Shown here: one piece after another, positions 50,560 to 62,785 of the stretch | How the letters are laid out: every line of letters begins with the position of its first letter | Position numbering within the stretch: the first letter of the stretch is position 1 | Origin: Moniliella sp. 'wahieum' | Lineage: Eukaryota | Reading direction: 5' to 3' | DNA: 64,000 nucleotides | Assembly (NCBI GenBank): GCA_003971905.1 | Contig: RSEE01000113.1 | Coordinates: 62,001 to 126,000 of the forward strand | Made by a program: the position numbers and the translations under genes | The notes under the pieces: model-generated | Database searches by the model: none | Told to the model about the DNA's origin: nothing | What the model saw: only the letters and a program-made list of their open reading frames with translations

Positions 50560-53500
50560 TACTTACGCATGCGCTCTGCTACCGAGACGATTGAAGCTTG
50601 AAGCTTCCATGTCGTGCCCAATCTCTATCTTCGATGGCTAGGTGCAATCAGTACGCATGGCGGCCATGTGGGCGTCGGAGCGGGTGTGCGCAGGCGGAGA
50701 GCTCGGGCTGAGCAACGCCACAATATCTCTAGAGCCAACAGTGGGCCTCTCTTCCTTCGAGTGAGCCTCGGGCCGACTGGGATGGGACGGACACGGATCC
50801 GTTGCGCTCGCCGCCTCGAGACTAAGCGAGCTCGGCACAGATGATCGATGTAATGAGATCAATGGGATTACGAGACGTTGGATGGGAGCGATTGGAAGGA
50901 GATGGATGGATGGATGGCTCAGCACAGAGGAGATAGCGGCGGAGGAGACTGGTCGCAGGAGTTAGAAACCAACACGGCTACCCCTCCTGCATGATTGGAG
51001 TTGCCCCTTGCCTTTCTGTGCCTGTGGCCCCGCCACTATGCATCCCTTCCACCACATCTACCGACTATCTAAGATCTAATCTCTCTCCCATGAAAATCGC
51101 ACAGCAATTAAGCGCGCATGCACTGGCGCCGTGCTGCAGGTCGGGTGACGCGGACCGCTGGTCACCCGTCACGCGTCAAGCTTTAAGCTCCAAGCTTTAA
51201 ACGTAAACAAGTACAGGGTGCACTTGGAGGCATACCGCGCGCTTAAGCCGTGCAACCATTAATCAACGTCCAACGTCAACAAACGGATGGATGAGAGATT
51301 CGACTATGGATTACCGATTTCTGATTAGATTCGTATTGCAAACAATCATTAATCATGATTGAAAGCAGAGCGTCGTGTTTTTCCTGATATGCTGTTGTCT
51401 GCTCTTTTGGGTCGCAAGTATGCACAAGTATACACCCGACAGTATGGTGGAAATGGTCCAAACGTAATGCGTAATCGACGTAATCCGTGCTCTGAAATCC
51501 CTTGTTTGTACCCGCTGGGACAGCCGTCCAACACATGTGCACAGGTGGTCCGCAGCGCAGAGGGCAAAAGAAAAGAACTCAAAGAGAGAAACGAGCAGTC
51601 GGAGTCTGCACACCATCTCATCAGTGATACTTTTTAGCCGTGTTGACAAGTCTCGGTGTCATATATACTGTTGTGGCCCATCAACCACGGTGCGAATTCT
51701 CTGCACCCACCTCCATAGCCCAACACAACACACAACACAAGACAACACAACACAACACATACAGCTTACCTCTATCGATCCCAACGACCTCCGTGCTGGG
51801 CAGTATTACCTTTTCCTAGTACTCCGTCTTGGCCGTCTGTGGAAGGACTTTTTGAGCCGGGGTTGCGAGTTCCGCAGCCTACCCACAGACGTGGAGGCTG
51901 TATACCCCTCCGCCATCCCGTCATCATGTCGCGCCCCACGTTCCACAGCGAAGCTACTAGATACGTTATTGCCCCCTCCTCCGACGGCGACCACGGCATA
52001 TGTCTTCTTCTTGGCGCGCGCGCCCCAGATGTGCATGGCACCGTTCGTTGCAAATTTCTCTGGACCACACCTTTGCTCAGCGCCTTGGCGCTCAGTTTGG
52101 GGGACTTCCAGCTGATCCTCAAGTCCATATGTGCACGTGAGACGCCCCCGAGATGAAGTACTCTCTTGTTTCGTTCCTCCCCGTGACTGGGCCCTTCGCG
52201 TAGTTGTGCATCCTTGCAGTACTTTCTGGCCGTCTTGCTCTATCATGCACTTCTTGGTGCAGACGTGCTGAATACTGGGCCCATACCTTGACACAGTCCC
52301 CAAGCTGGGAACGGCCCAGGTTCTTGTCGGTGAGAGATTATATTGTACCACACCGATCTTGGTCCTTGGCTGTTCAAACTGCGGCAGGGACAACGCCCAG
52401 GCACATCAAAAAGCTCTTCCTCTACAGATCGTCCGCCTCGAATTGGTTCAGCTCGATGATCCCGGCCCTTGTTTTCGGGAGAGCAATTCCCTTCAGGGAT
52501 GAGCGAGTGTGGATGGGCGGCCTCTCATCAATCTTCTCGAACTTGATCATGTCGGCGTCACAAGAGCAGCAGAGTTGTTATACGATGGAGTCCATAGCGC
52601 CCGCCGCGGCGCTTCCCCAGTCGCACGCACAGCATTGTGGCCCTGGATCGCGTGATCCACCTGCCTCTCGAGCTTCGCTTGGATCTGGTCGTTACTTCTC
52701 TTCACACCCACTGTGAGCACTGGCAGAAGTTCCTCCGAAGCGCCGGCGCCAGACGCGCGTCTCCTTTTTCTCTCCTGCTCCTCTGCGGTTGCATCCTTTC
52801 TCCTCATCACCGCCCCTCTCATTGTGCCCGTAGCAACCGGTATCCTATCTCTGCAGCCAGCACATCGCGTGCTCTGCGCCACGGCCAACAGTACCATCTT
52901 CTTCCCTCTGTCCACCAACATCACCATCGTTGTTGCCTGCACCGCCTGCTGCCTGCCTTCCTCGTCCCGCCCCCATCGCTCGGTCCTCCTCGCCTGGTCC
53001 GCATTGCTGCCGTAGTCTCCATTCCCTCTCCCGCCACACTCCGTCCTCTTCGCCTCGTCTGTATCGCTGTTGGACGCCCCCTCTGCCCCTCGCCCCGTCC
53101 CGCTCTCACTGTCTGCATTGCTTCTGTCGCACGTGTTCTCTTGCCCGCCAGCGCTCTGTTGCTGACCCGCCTACACAGACTCCCCCTCGCGGGCCATCTT
53201 GTCCTCGTTTCATCTTGTCCGCAGCGCCGTCGTACGTGCCCGCTTCATCCGCTTTCCCTCGCTTCTGCTGACCCACACGCTGACGTTGTGGGGAGCATGG
53301 GTGATGTGCATGCCCCGTTTCGCTCGCCTTCGACCCACCCTTGTCCGTCTGCTCACTTTGGCTGTTGTCTCGCTTACATGGTTTGCCTCGCCTGTGGTCC
53401 TCTCACTTGGATGGTCTGCCTTGCTATCGTATGTCCCCCGTCCTTCGCGCGTGGAGTTGTGCTGCCACTGACACTATTTGGCCAGCTGCTGCATGCACGG

Positions 53501-54750
53501 AATCCCACGGTTGGACCGTCTCGCCTTGTTCGCCCTGACTCATCTGACCTGTTTCGCCGTCGTACGTCTCTTCTGTTATATATGCCGACACTACTGTTCC
53601 TGACCTTGTCCGCCCTACCCGAGTACATTCCCACTTCATCCCGCTTGCCCTCGCTACTGGCTGACTTGATTGCCTGACCCGTGAGTCCGTCGCATATCTT
53701 CTGTGTCTCTCGCTAATCCTGTGCTGCTACTGATTTGGCCACCAGCTTCTCCCTAGTGCGAGTCCCCCTCACACTAACCTGTTACCTGCTGTGTAGCTCA
53801 CTGCTCTACCTCTATGCGCTAGCAATATAGCAGCTGACCCGGACGAGTGCGCGCAGGCCGGGGGCACACCATCTACCAACCAAACAAGAACCAACACGAA
53901 CGAAGTGAATGCCCCCCTCACTACGGCCATCAGGTCTCAGGTGTCATGCACCATACTGTACTGTCCAGTGGCCCACGTTCTCAACGATGACTAGTGACTT
54001 GAGCCGCCTTTGCTGTAGCGCGCATGCGCGCTGGGGTGCGCGTACGGGCCAAACTCCGAAGCGACGAAGTAATGTTACAGGTGTGGAGCGTACGACGATT
54101 ACGCAAAGTAGTTCAAGTGAACCAGACTGAAGAACTATGACTAACCTCCTGTTGCAACGTGCCTCCTCCGTCTCCCCTCTACCGTCTGGTCGACCATGTA
54201 GTAGTACTGCACGAAAGAAGTTGTCTGCAGAACGCGCACGGTCAACCGGGTGAAAATAACGAAAATGGAGGTTATCGGAACCGCCCTGACGGCCGCACAG
54301 ATGGGTGCCAGGCAGCGTGATGGTGGGCCTATCTATGTTGGTCCTCGGGTTAGGGGCGTTGGTGGAGGTACGATGTAGAGGTGGGATGCGCGTGGAGAAG
54401 AAGCTCTCATGGAGATTGACAAGGTTGACAGTGACATGGACATGGAGGGCAATGCAATCCTACTCCGTACCTTGATAAACTCGTCCTCGAGAGCATGCAA
54501 ACAATTGACCTCTAACCCTGCTACCGTCCCCGAACACCGAACACCTAACACCTATAACACCTAACACCTAAAACTACCACACACCTACCCACGGAACCCT
54601 TAGTACGTTGTCCAGGTTCCCACTTCCTACACTTTTTTCCGTAGGTTGCCATGGGTTTCCCCCTTTTCCTCGTGTTTGCTTTTTTCACTGGGGGCGGGTG
54701 CCTTAGTAGTTCGCTTGGTACAGCCTGGTAGAATGATCATTTTCTTCCTA

Positions 54751-54822
54751 TTGCACCTGCACCTGCACTTGCACTTGCACTTGCACCTGCACCTGCAATG
54801 CACCCGCATTTGCATTTGCATT
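54751..54822 (+). repeat. (YTGCAC)/(TTGCAT) hexamer microsatellite
   Basis: Seen directly just past the EOS1 stop codon. Confidence 0.85.
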
Positions 54823-57402
54823 TTAGTCACTTGCGTCGGGCATCAGGGGCGCCGGGTACATCGAGTCGAGCAGCAAGACCCACATGCTAACGAAGCTAAG
54901 GCAAGCCAAAGAAAGCAAGTTACGCTTCACAGCCACGTCCCAATGGAACACGCGGCGTCCCGTGATGGTCAAGGACTGGGTGTAGGTGCGTGTGCGTGTT
55001 CGGGGTAGTGCATGCGAGGGTGGTTGGGGCGCAAGTGAGTCTGAGGGCACGCCGATGCGGCCGGCATGACGAAGTGCGTCGTGGGCACGAGCGCGGGCGC
55101 GCGAGGCGGCGTACAACGCTCGACGGGTAGGTGCGTCGTACGCTGCAGCGTTGGTGTGGGAGTGGGAGTGGGAGTGAGTGTGAGTGTGGGAGTGAGGGTG
55201 GGAATGGTGGTGGGAGTGGGGCCATCTAGGACGTCCAGTTTCGCCGCCTCCGACAACGAGTGAGACGGCGAGGGAGGAGCGGGCGGCCAGGCCGGTCGGA
55301 GGGGGCAACGTGCGTGGACGCGGGGAGACCAAGAGCAAATCCGCTTGCCGATCCACAATGTTACTTGTGATCCAGCGTACCAGGACATCGCATGAGGAGG
55401 TAGTTACACTGGCTACCACCCAAGCTGCCAACGGCTGTGTTGGCCCGAAAAATTTGTGCAGGTTGATTTGCAACAAGGCGCCGCTGATGGCTTGGAGTGC
55501 GACTAGACGCACGAGCGACGGAAGCAGTCCGTAGTACAGTAGCCAGCGACGTAACAGCAGCGTGGTCATTGACAAAGCATGAAACGCCGTTGCCATCGAC
55601 TGGATTCAACCAACCAACCAACCAAATAAACAAACAAACCAAAGCATCAAAAGAAACAAAAAGAACCCGCCCGTCAGTACTCAGTATTCGTCTCTCATTT
55701 CGTCGCAACTCAGCAACCAAGCACCAATCTTTTCACACGTACCCAACCGGAAGCCGCCAAATAGTCCAGTGCGCCCGGGGCAGAGCGGTCGCCGATCCGG
55801 CGCAGATCTTGGTTGCGCAACGCGACCATCACGCATTTCCGCCACAAGTACAACGTCCCCAACAACCCGGGCACCGACGCCAACAGACGCAGTGGGTGCA
55901 ACACAAAAATGTGAACCAGTACATCGTCCTCCTCCTCCTCCTCTTCTGCCGCCAGAGCCTCTACCATTTCATCCACCTCGTCCACCTCACCACCTCACTT
56001 CATCCGCCTCATCCACTTCATCCACCTCCTCCTCCGTCACATTCACCGCGTCTCCCTCCAACGTCGCAGCCTCCCGATCGGGGTGGAGGCCAGGAACCAA
56101 CTCGTCGTCCGATCCCTCCTCTTCGGGGGTAGACGTTGGACCGATCCCTGGCACAGCCTGGTCCGGTACGATGACCGTTGCCCTGGTTCGAGGGGGGCTG
56201 TAAGGTGGAGGTGGGGGCGGGGAGGACGTGCGCTCGGGGGTCGGAAGGATCGGCGGGATCGGCGGGATGGGAGGGACCGAAGTGACGGGGGGTGCGGAAG
56301 GCGTAGTGCCTGGTGCAGCGATCCCCGTTGACAGGGCCGAAAGCGTGGAGAGGTTGGAGTGCGGGAACGCCGCAGCGGACGGCGACGAGGCGGGGCGGGT
56401 ATCGTGTACGGGGGTTCGACGTCGTCGCGTGCCCGAGGCTAAGCGGACCGGGGGGGACAGTTGAACGGGCTGGGTGTTGGAGCGATAGCGGGTGGACCCT
56501 CGTGAGTGACCTGCAGGGGCCGGGTCCAGCTCGTCGAGAGACGAAGACGAAACGGGTACGGGTGGCTCGGTGGATGGGAGAGGTGAGCGTCGGGGAATAT
56601 ACCAGGGGCCGAGGCTACGCTGCGGACGGAATAGCCCGTAGGGGAGCGTGGACGTGTGCGGACAGAGCGGTGGCTAGAACGCGTGTCTCTGTGCACATCC
56701 CCTAAGGAAGAGGACGTCGGCAGGTCGGATCTTGGCACGGAGGAAAGGGAGACAAAACGGGAAGATCCCAGTCGGTCTGCCTCTTTGCGCAGCTCGGCCT
56801 GTGCCGCGCCGAGGCCGGCCACGATGCGGTGCCGATGGGAGCGAGGCGGGCGGCTGCTGCTGGCCTGTTCTACCTGCGGGAGGGGGCGGCGGGCAGAGCG
56901 GGAGGGGTGCGGGAGGGACGAAGAGGAGCTGGAGGGGGGGGGAGGCGATGATGGAGTTGGGCGTGCGAGGAGCAGGAGCAGGAGCAGACGCAGACGCAGA
57001 CGCAGGCGGGTGAATGCGGAGGTGAGAGAAGGAGTGGCGCGAGGCGAGCAGCGGCGGGGGTGGGGGAAGCGGCCCGGGGGGCGCAGGCGGGGTGGGCGCT
57101 GCGACGACGGAGGGAGGCGGCGGGGTGGCACGGGCGGAGGAGGCGGGGGGAGGTCGGAGGCAAGGGACGAGCTGCTGGCGGCGGGGCTGGACACGGGGCC
57201 GGCGGGGAAGGAGTGGGCGCTGCTGTAGGTGGCAGCGTCGAGGTCGAGGGTGAAGGCGGGCGCGGGGACGGGGATGGGGAGGGCGGTGGGGGTGTCGGGG
57301 GGCGGCGAGGGGGGCATTGGGGCGGCATGCGACGGGCGGTGGTGGGGATGCGGGTGGGGGCGGTGCCGACGCGGCTGGTGCTGCTGCCGAGAGACGAGGC
57401 AT
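54823..57402 (-). CDS. EOS1: ER membrane N-glycosylation/oxidative-stress protein of the Eos1 family
   Basis: HPLRLLASVPGLLG, DYLAASGW|SMATAFHALSMTTLLLRRWLLYY, LVRLVALQAI, WITSNI and RRVFHWD..SFVSMWVLL. Intron 55600-55742. The long Pro-rich N-terminus has frameshifts, so the start is inferred. Confidence 0.75.
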
Positions 57403-58297
57403 GCTGCTGTCCACGCGCCCCTCTGTTGTTCTGCCGATGCGGTGCGGCTCCGTGGCCCAGCCAGCGGCCAGCCAGCCCTGTCCCTCCCTGCCTCGCCCCA
57501 CGCTGCCCGTCCGCCCCCGCCCGCTTCCTGCCACTTTCAATTTTACTTGCCCCCAGGACTCTTCAGGACTGACTTGGCGCTATACACATGTGCTTTGTTT
57601 GCTTTATACACCCCGTTGGGGTCCCTCAAGAGGGGCGATGTGCGTGAACGCGGTAGACCTGGCTCGAGGCACTGCTGCTGCTGGCCACGCCGACTGGACG
57701 TGTGCCCGCTACACCGAGGGCACAAGAAGATCTGTCTCCCTTGCACATTTGGTGGGCCAAGCACCTGCCTCGTGGAAGAGGCACACCAATGAGGGCAGCC
57801 GCAGCGGCTGTGTGTGTGGAGATGTGGAGACGGCGAACGGAAAGCAAGAAGGGTGGTGTGGTGGTGGCGAGAGTCAAGTGAGCCTCCGTCTATGCAAGAC
57901 CCGGGCAAGACGGGATGAACGAAGCCCTGCTGGAGCCAAACAAAGCATCCGTCGGTCGCAGAGCCTGCGGAAACGGAGACTGCCAGCAAAGCGGAACCAG
58001 GCGGAACCACAGTGCGGCTGGTGCAACATCCATGATGCATGATGTCCTGTGTAACGCATGATGGGGGGTCGTCTGAGCTTATGTCAGCGCTCAGCTTCCT
58101 GCAGCCAATGGTGCTCATCTAATGGTTACGGCATGCAGCATGATGCATGAGATCTGAGAAGGGTCGATGATCGATAAACGCATTGGGCGCGGCGGCCCCG
58201 TTCCGCCTCTGTTCCGCCCCCCTTGTTTGTGCCTCCGGGCAACCTTCCTCTGATTGCATCCCCACCACTCTGACCCCTGCCTTGCTCGCCTACGACA

Positions 58298-58395
58298 TGG
58301 CGACGAGAGTGGGATTCGAACCCACTCCCCAGAAGACTGCGGGCTCAACTTACTCAACGTTCAACTGAACTGAGCACAATGCCAGTTCGACCGTC
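58298..58395 (-). pseudogene. Degenerate tRNA-like gene (Leu/Ser class, long variable arm, possible CAG anticodon and intron)
   Basis: Minus strand 3' half CGCAGTCTTCTGGGGAGTGGGTTCGAATCCCACTCTCGTCG-CCA has a perfect T arm and B-box. The 5' half is recognisable only as GACG..GGCATTGTG-CT-CAG. Confidence 0.6.
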
Positions 58396-60217
58396 GTGCT
58401 ACTACTACTGTCGCATACGTCACATGTCACATGCACACGTCATCTCCGTCACGTGCTTGTCGCCTCTCGCGCGGGTAGGCTGGGGCAGCCAGCACTAAGT
58501 AAAGGTAGAAGAGCTTCTTGAAGCTTGAAGAAAGCATGGAGTGGGGCAGCGGAGAGACAGCGCCGGGAAAAAGGACTGCCCAAGCGAATATTGAATTTGC
58601 TTTGCGCCTAGGTACTAGGCAGCCTTGGTCCGAGGGGCACTGGAGTCACATGCGCATGTCACAGGTCACAGGTCACTACGTCACTAGTCACATGCATCAC
58701 AGATGAATTCAACGACTAGCTTGATGCGTGACGCGTGACGATGGCAACGCCCCGTCCGGCTCGGAGCCGCATGGAGCACCAGGCATGGGGGCAGAGACGG
58801 ACCAAGTGTCCTCCTACGGCGGCGGGGCGGGTGTCTAAGACACCGGCCGAACAAGTGCTGCGCCTCTGCGGCACGCGTTACGTTTGCATCGGCCCCATGG
58901 GAAAATGGCAACGTTGGGCCCCAGCCCTTGTAGGCTGTGCCTGCTGTTGCCTGCTGTGCCTGCTTGCCTCCTGTGTGTGCTTGTCTGCTGTGCCCCATGC
59001 ACACTATACCCTACCACTGCGCCCTCTTTATAGGATGCCGTCCTTGCCGAGATACATCGATCCTACATGGTACCCCTGTGCATCGAATATTGATTGTTCT
59101 GAGTGGCTGAGCCTCAGCGCAGCCCTCAGCCTTAAGCGCTTAAGCATAGACGTGGAGCAGCCGCGCTTGGACCATCGATCAGCGGCTCAGCGCTCAACGC
59201 CAGCACTCCGGACGCTCAGGGCCGTATAGTTCCATCCAACTAGCATCATCGACATCGATCATCGAGACTGGACAAAATGCATTTGTTCCATGGCTGTGGC
59301 TTCAGCCCCCACCTCTCTCCCCGCCACGCATCGTGCCTTGGCGTGCTTGCTCCACTCGTCTCGACCCGCATGCCCCCTGCCGTAATGTCGATGTCCCACA
59401 AAGTACTGAGACCGCCGCTTTTGAAGCTGCACTAGGGACTACTACTACTCATGCATCTGCATCATACCTCGTCCTATGTCACGCATTTTTCCTGTTGCGT
59501 TATTTGGAGGGAGCATACGATGGAAGATGGAGTACTGCCATGTTGACCCTGGGGGCGAGTGTGGCGTGAAGCAGGGCGTGAAGACGGTAGAACGGGGAGG
59601 CTGGGAGGAGCCTTGGTCTGTTTTGGCCTTGGATGGCAACATTCCATTGCACCGTCCACCCCGCCCACCGTGTCTGAGTTCGGACGCATGACGCGTGACA
59701 TTGACACAAGAGTATGTAGGCGGTTCGCGGCTGTCGCAGCAAGCCGCGGGGGGTCGCAGCGACCGCAAAGCGACCGCATCCCAGTCTACCCAGGCCGACC
59801 CCTAGCCCCTCGAGCCCACTAGCCCGACACCTGCTCTCCTGCGCCGGGGCATGCATCATGCGTCACGGGCAAGCCTACCGCGTCACGCATCAGTACCATC
59901 GATATCGGTACCAGTGCAAATGTCCCCACACATTTCGTCGGCGTCTCAGCCCAGGCCACTAGGCCACTGCTGACGGCCAGCGCGCGTCAGCCCCGTCCTC
60001 TTTGATCTTAGAACGCAAGGCCCGAGGCGTACAAGCACGTAACCGCGTAACCCCACGTACAACCCCACATACAACCCCACCCCGCCTTTCTCGGGTTTAT
60101 GCAGCTGCGGAGGCCAATTGCACAGCCAAATTTCGCCCTTGAGGTTGAAGACGAGTAGACAATTAGACATAGGACTCTGTACCCTCCGTTCGCAGTTCTT
60201 TTACCTTCTGTTTCCCT

Positions 60218-62130
60218 TCAAGCTCGCGTCAAGCTTCAAGCTTCAACGTCAACCTCTTCAACGTTCAACGTTCCGCGCCGGCAGTCCATATTCCATGGGC
60301 ACCCGGACTGAAGGTCGGCACAGTAGCGCTTGGCCTTTCTAAACCGACGCCGCGCCATTGTGCACCACATAAGGTGCCTCATCGGCATCGATCATCGATC
60401 ATCTGTTTCCCCACCGGCCAGTCTCATCCGGTTTGAGAATTTCGGGGCGACAGGCCACAGGCGGGCCCACGCTCCCGCGACCGCCACACCGGGCTGGTGT
60501 CGCATGTCACATGTCAGCAAACGCAAAGGCTTGTTACTAGTTACTAGTTACTGTTAGCCGCCTTTTTCCTCTCCCCTCTCCCCTCGTAATGATCCTGGTT
60601 TCCCAGCGACGTCCTAAGTGCAGTTATGCAATGGCAGAGGAAGACAGGAGCTGGGTTGAACCCAGACTGAGGATCAGAAGAAGAAGAAGAAGGTGAAGAA
60701 AGGAGGGCGGCACTAGGCCAGGGGATAGGGATACTGGTGTGGTGCCCGGATGAGTAAGAAGGTCAGGAGTGCCGCGGAGGTGGCTGGCCCATAGGACCCT
60801 GGTCAACACCTCGACCCTTCGAGGGCGGGTGGGTTCCTCTTGCGGCTTGCCAGAGGAAGAAGGAGCGTGCCTGCCTCCCCGCGCGCCTGCTGAGCGGCTG
60901 AGCTCAGGAGCGCTCAGGCTGAGCGTCGAAGCGTGGATATTGGACGTAGCGCGTAGAGCGAGGCCGCGGGTAGGATGTGAAAATGTGAGACGGGGGGGAC
61001 GTGGGGCCCCGTGCGATCTCCGGATCTCACACCACAGATCTCAGATCTCAGGGTTTGTGGTGTCAGTTTTCCGACCGGACGCGGACGACGCACTGCCCCT
61101 GCCAGCAAAACACAAGTCACGCGTCACGCGTCACTGGTCACTCGCACTGCACTCGTTCCCAGTACCGGCGACGGGCGACGGGCCTCTCCTTCTCCTTGTG
61201 GCGCTGGGCAGTGTGCGATGCATCATGCATCATGTGCATCATGCGCCATGCGCCATGCGAGGCGGGCGCACTCGTGCATGTCACGGGTCAGTCTCCTGAG
61301 AAGGAACGCCACGCACGGCGCCTGTCCTTCCCGGGAGAAGCCAAGAAGAGAACAGTGGGCAGGTGGAAAAGGCAAGGGACTAGGGACGCGGCAAGCGAGA
61401 TGCTCGATGCGGCTTCAAGCTTCAAGCTTCAAGCTTCAAGTTCTCTTCAAGTTCTTTAAGCTTCAAGCGCTTCCAACGCGAGCGATTCAAGGTACACCTC
61501 AGTACCTAGTACACCCCCATCCACTTTTGTCATGAAGCTTGAAGCTTGAGTACTAGGTACTGAGGTACTCGCCATTTTCGGCCGACGCTTCCGGGCTGCC
61601 TGCGCATCGGGAGGAGAACAGGTGGGGCGCTGTATGTTCAGCTGAACACGTTGGACGTGCAACACTTCAACGTTCAACGTACGGTGAAGCCTGAGGCTCA
61701 AGCCTGAGGGTTAGCTGAGGGGTTGTGCGTGGCGGATAGCGTGTAGTGGGAGGTCGTCTGGCAGTTCATGCATCATGTGCATGCGTCCCCCGCGTCATGG
61801 GTTAGACCCTCCCCTCCGTGGCGTAACGCGTAACTATGCTAGTGCGGCGTCGCGTGACGCGTGAGGCCCGAAGCTCGTGAGCGCACAGCCAGGCTCAGTT
61901 TCCGGGGGGCGGGATATCACACACACACACCGTCATCGATCATCGATCATCGATCATCGTTCCCCGACCTCGGCCTCATTGGTTCATCGATTCGATCCGC
62001 CCGCACGGGCACCCTGCGAGTCATTGGACAAGTCACAGTTGGCGCTGGGCGCGGGGAGCCGTCTCATGCCTTCTCCGGCCGGGGCACTGAGCCACTCAGT
62101 ACTCAGTACTCAGTACTCATACTCACTGCT
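60218..62130. repeat. Cluster of 7-bp quasi-palindromic arrays upstream of the MFS gene
   Basis: TCAAGCTTCAAGCTTCAACG, TCAACGTTCAACGTT, TTACTAGTTACTAGTTAC, TCACGCGTCACGCGTCA, TGCATCATGCATCATG, (TCAAGCT)3, (TCATCGA)3 and (TCAGTAC)3. Confidence 0.88.
60588..60808. repeat. Dispersed repeat, copy 2 (see 1545-1761)
   Basis: Collinear similarity with 1545-1761 in the same orientation. Confidence 0.85.
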
Positions 62131-62632
62131 CGAGCTCTCCCCCCGTGGTTGGGGCGAGTCAGAGACAGGCGAGATCCACCGCGGGCAAGCGCGAGGGCGG
62201 TGGAGGAAGCCAGGTCTCAGATGCGCCAGATCTCTTGCACTGCGAGTGGCTGGGTCGGCGCGGCGCGAGCCGAGTGTGGACTGGACACGGAACGGTGAAC
62301 ATCGACGTTGACGTTGACGTTAAACGTAGACCCCCCGCACGTGAAGAAGCTGGGGCCTGGCGCCTGGGGGCTGCTGGGTGCAGGCATTGGGCCTCGGGGG
62401 GCGGGAGAGGAGGCGTGTGCGGGCGTGTGCGGCATGCGGCCGTAGACGCCCGTTCCAGGTCCATGAGTCGGCGCCAGCCCACCCGGCGCTCGACGTTTGG
62501 CTGGGGTCGTGCTAGGCCATAGCGCCGGATCGCGCTTCTTATCCCCAGAGATCGTCAGGGGGCGGCGGTTAGCAATCCCCCCCCCCAACAACTGTGGCAG
62601 GAGAACGTTTGTCCCCTTTCTACAGCCGGTTG

Positions 62633-62640
62633 TATAAAAG
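62633..62640 (+). promoter_or_regulatory. TATA box of the DHA1 MFS gene
   Basis: TATAAAAG followed by a CT-rich leader, ~150 bp upstream of ATG 62786. Confidence 0.6.
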
Positions 62641-62785
62641 CAGTCGGCGACACTGTTTTCCTTCTTTCTTTTTCCTCCGTGTCGTGCTGATTCTTTCCAC
62701 TCCCCCTCACCAATTGCACCTCCCACCATCTGCCAAGCACACACTACCTTCGTAACCCCCCATCTGTCCATCTCCTTCACACGCC

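Noticed and set aside
58290..58330. LTR retrotransposon primer-binding site (..CA-TGGCGACGAG)
   Set aside because: Complementarity extends well beyond 18 nt, and no second LTR, gag/pol ORF or polypurine tract was found.
58298..58395. CUG-to-Ser codon reassignment suggested by a CAG anticodon with G73
   Set aside because: The locus is degenerate, and CTG encodes a conserved Leu in RPL36 (GAG CTC CTG CGT = ELLR).
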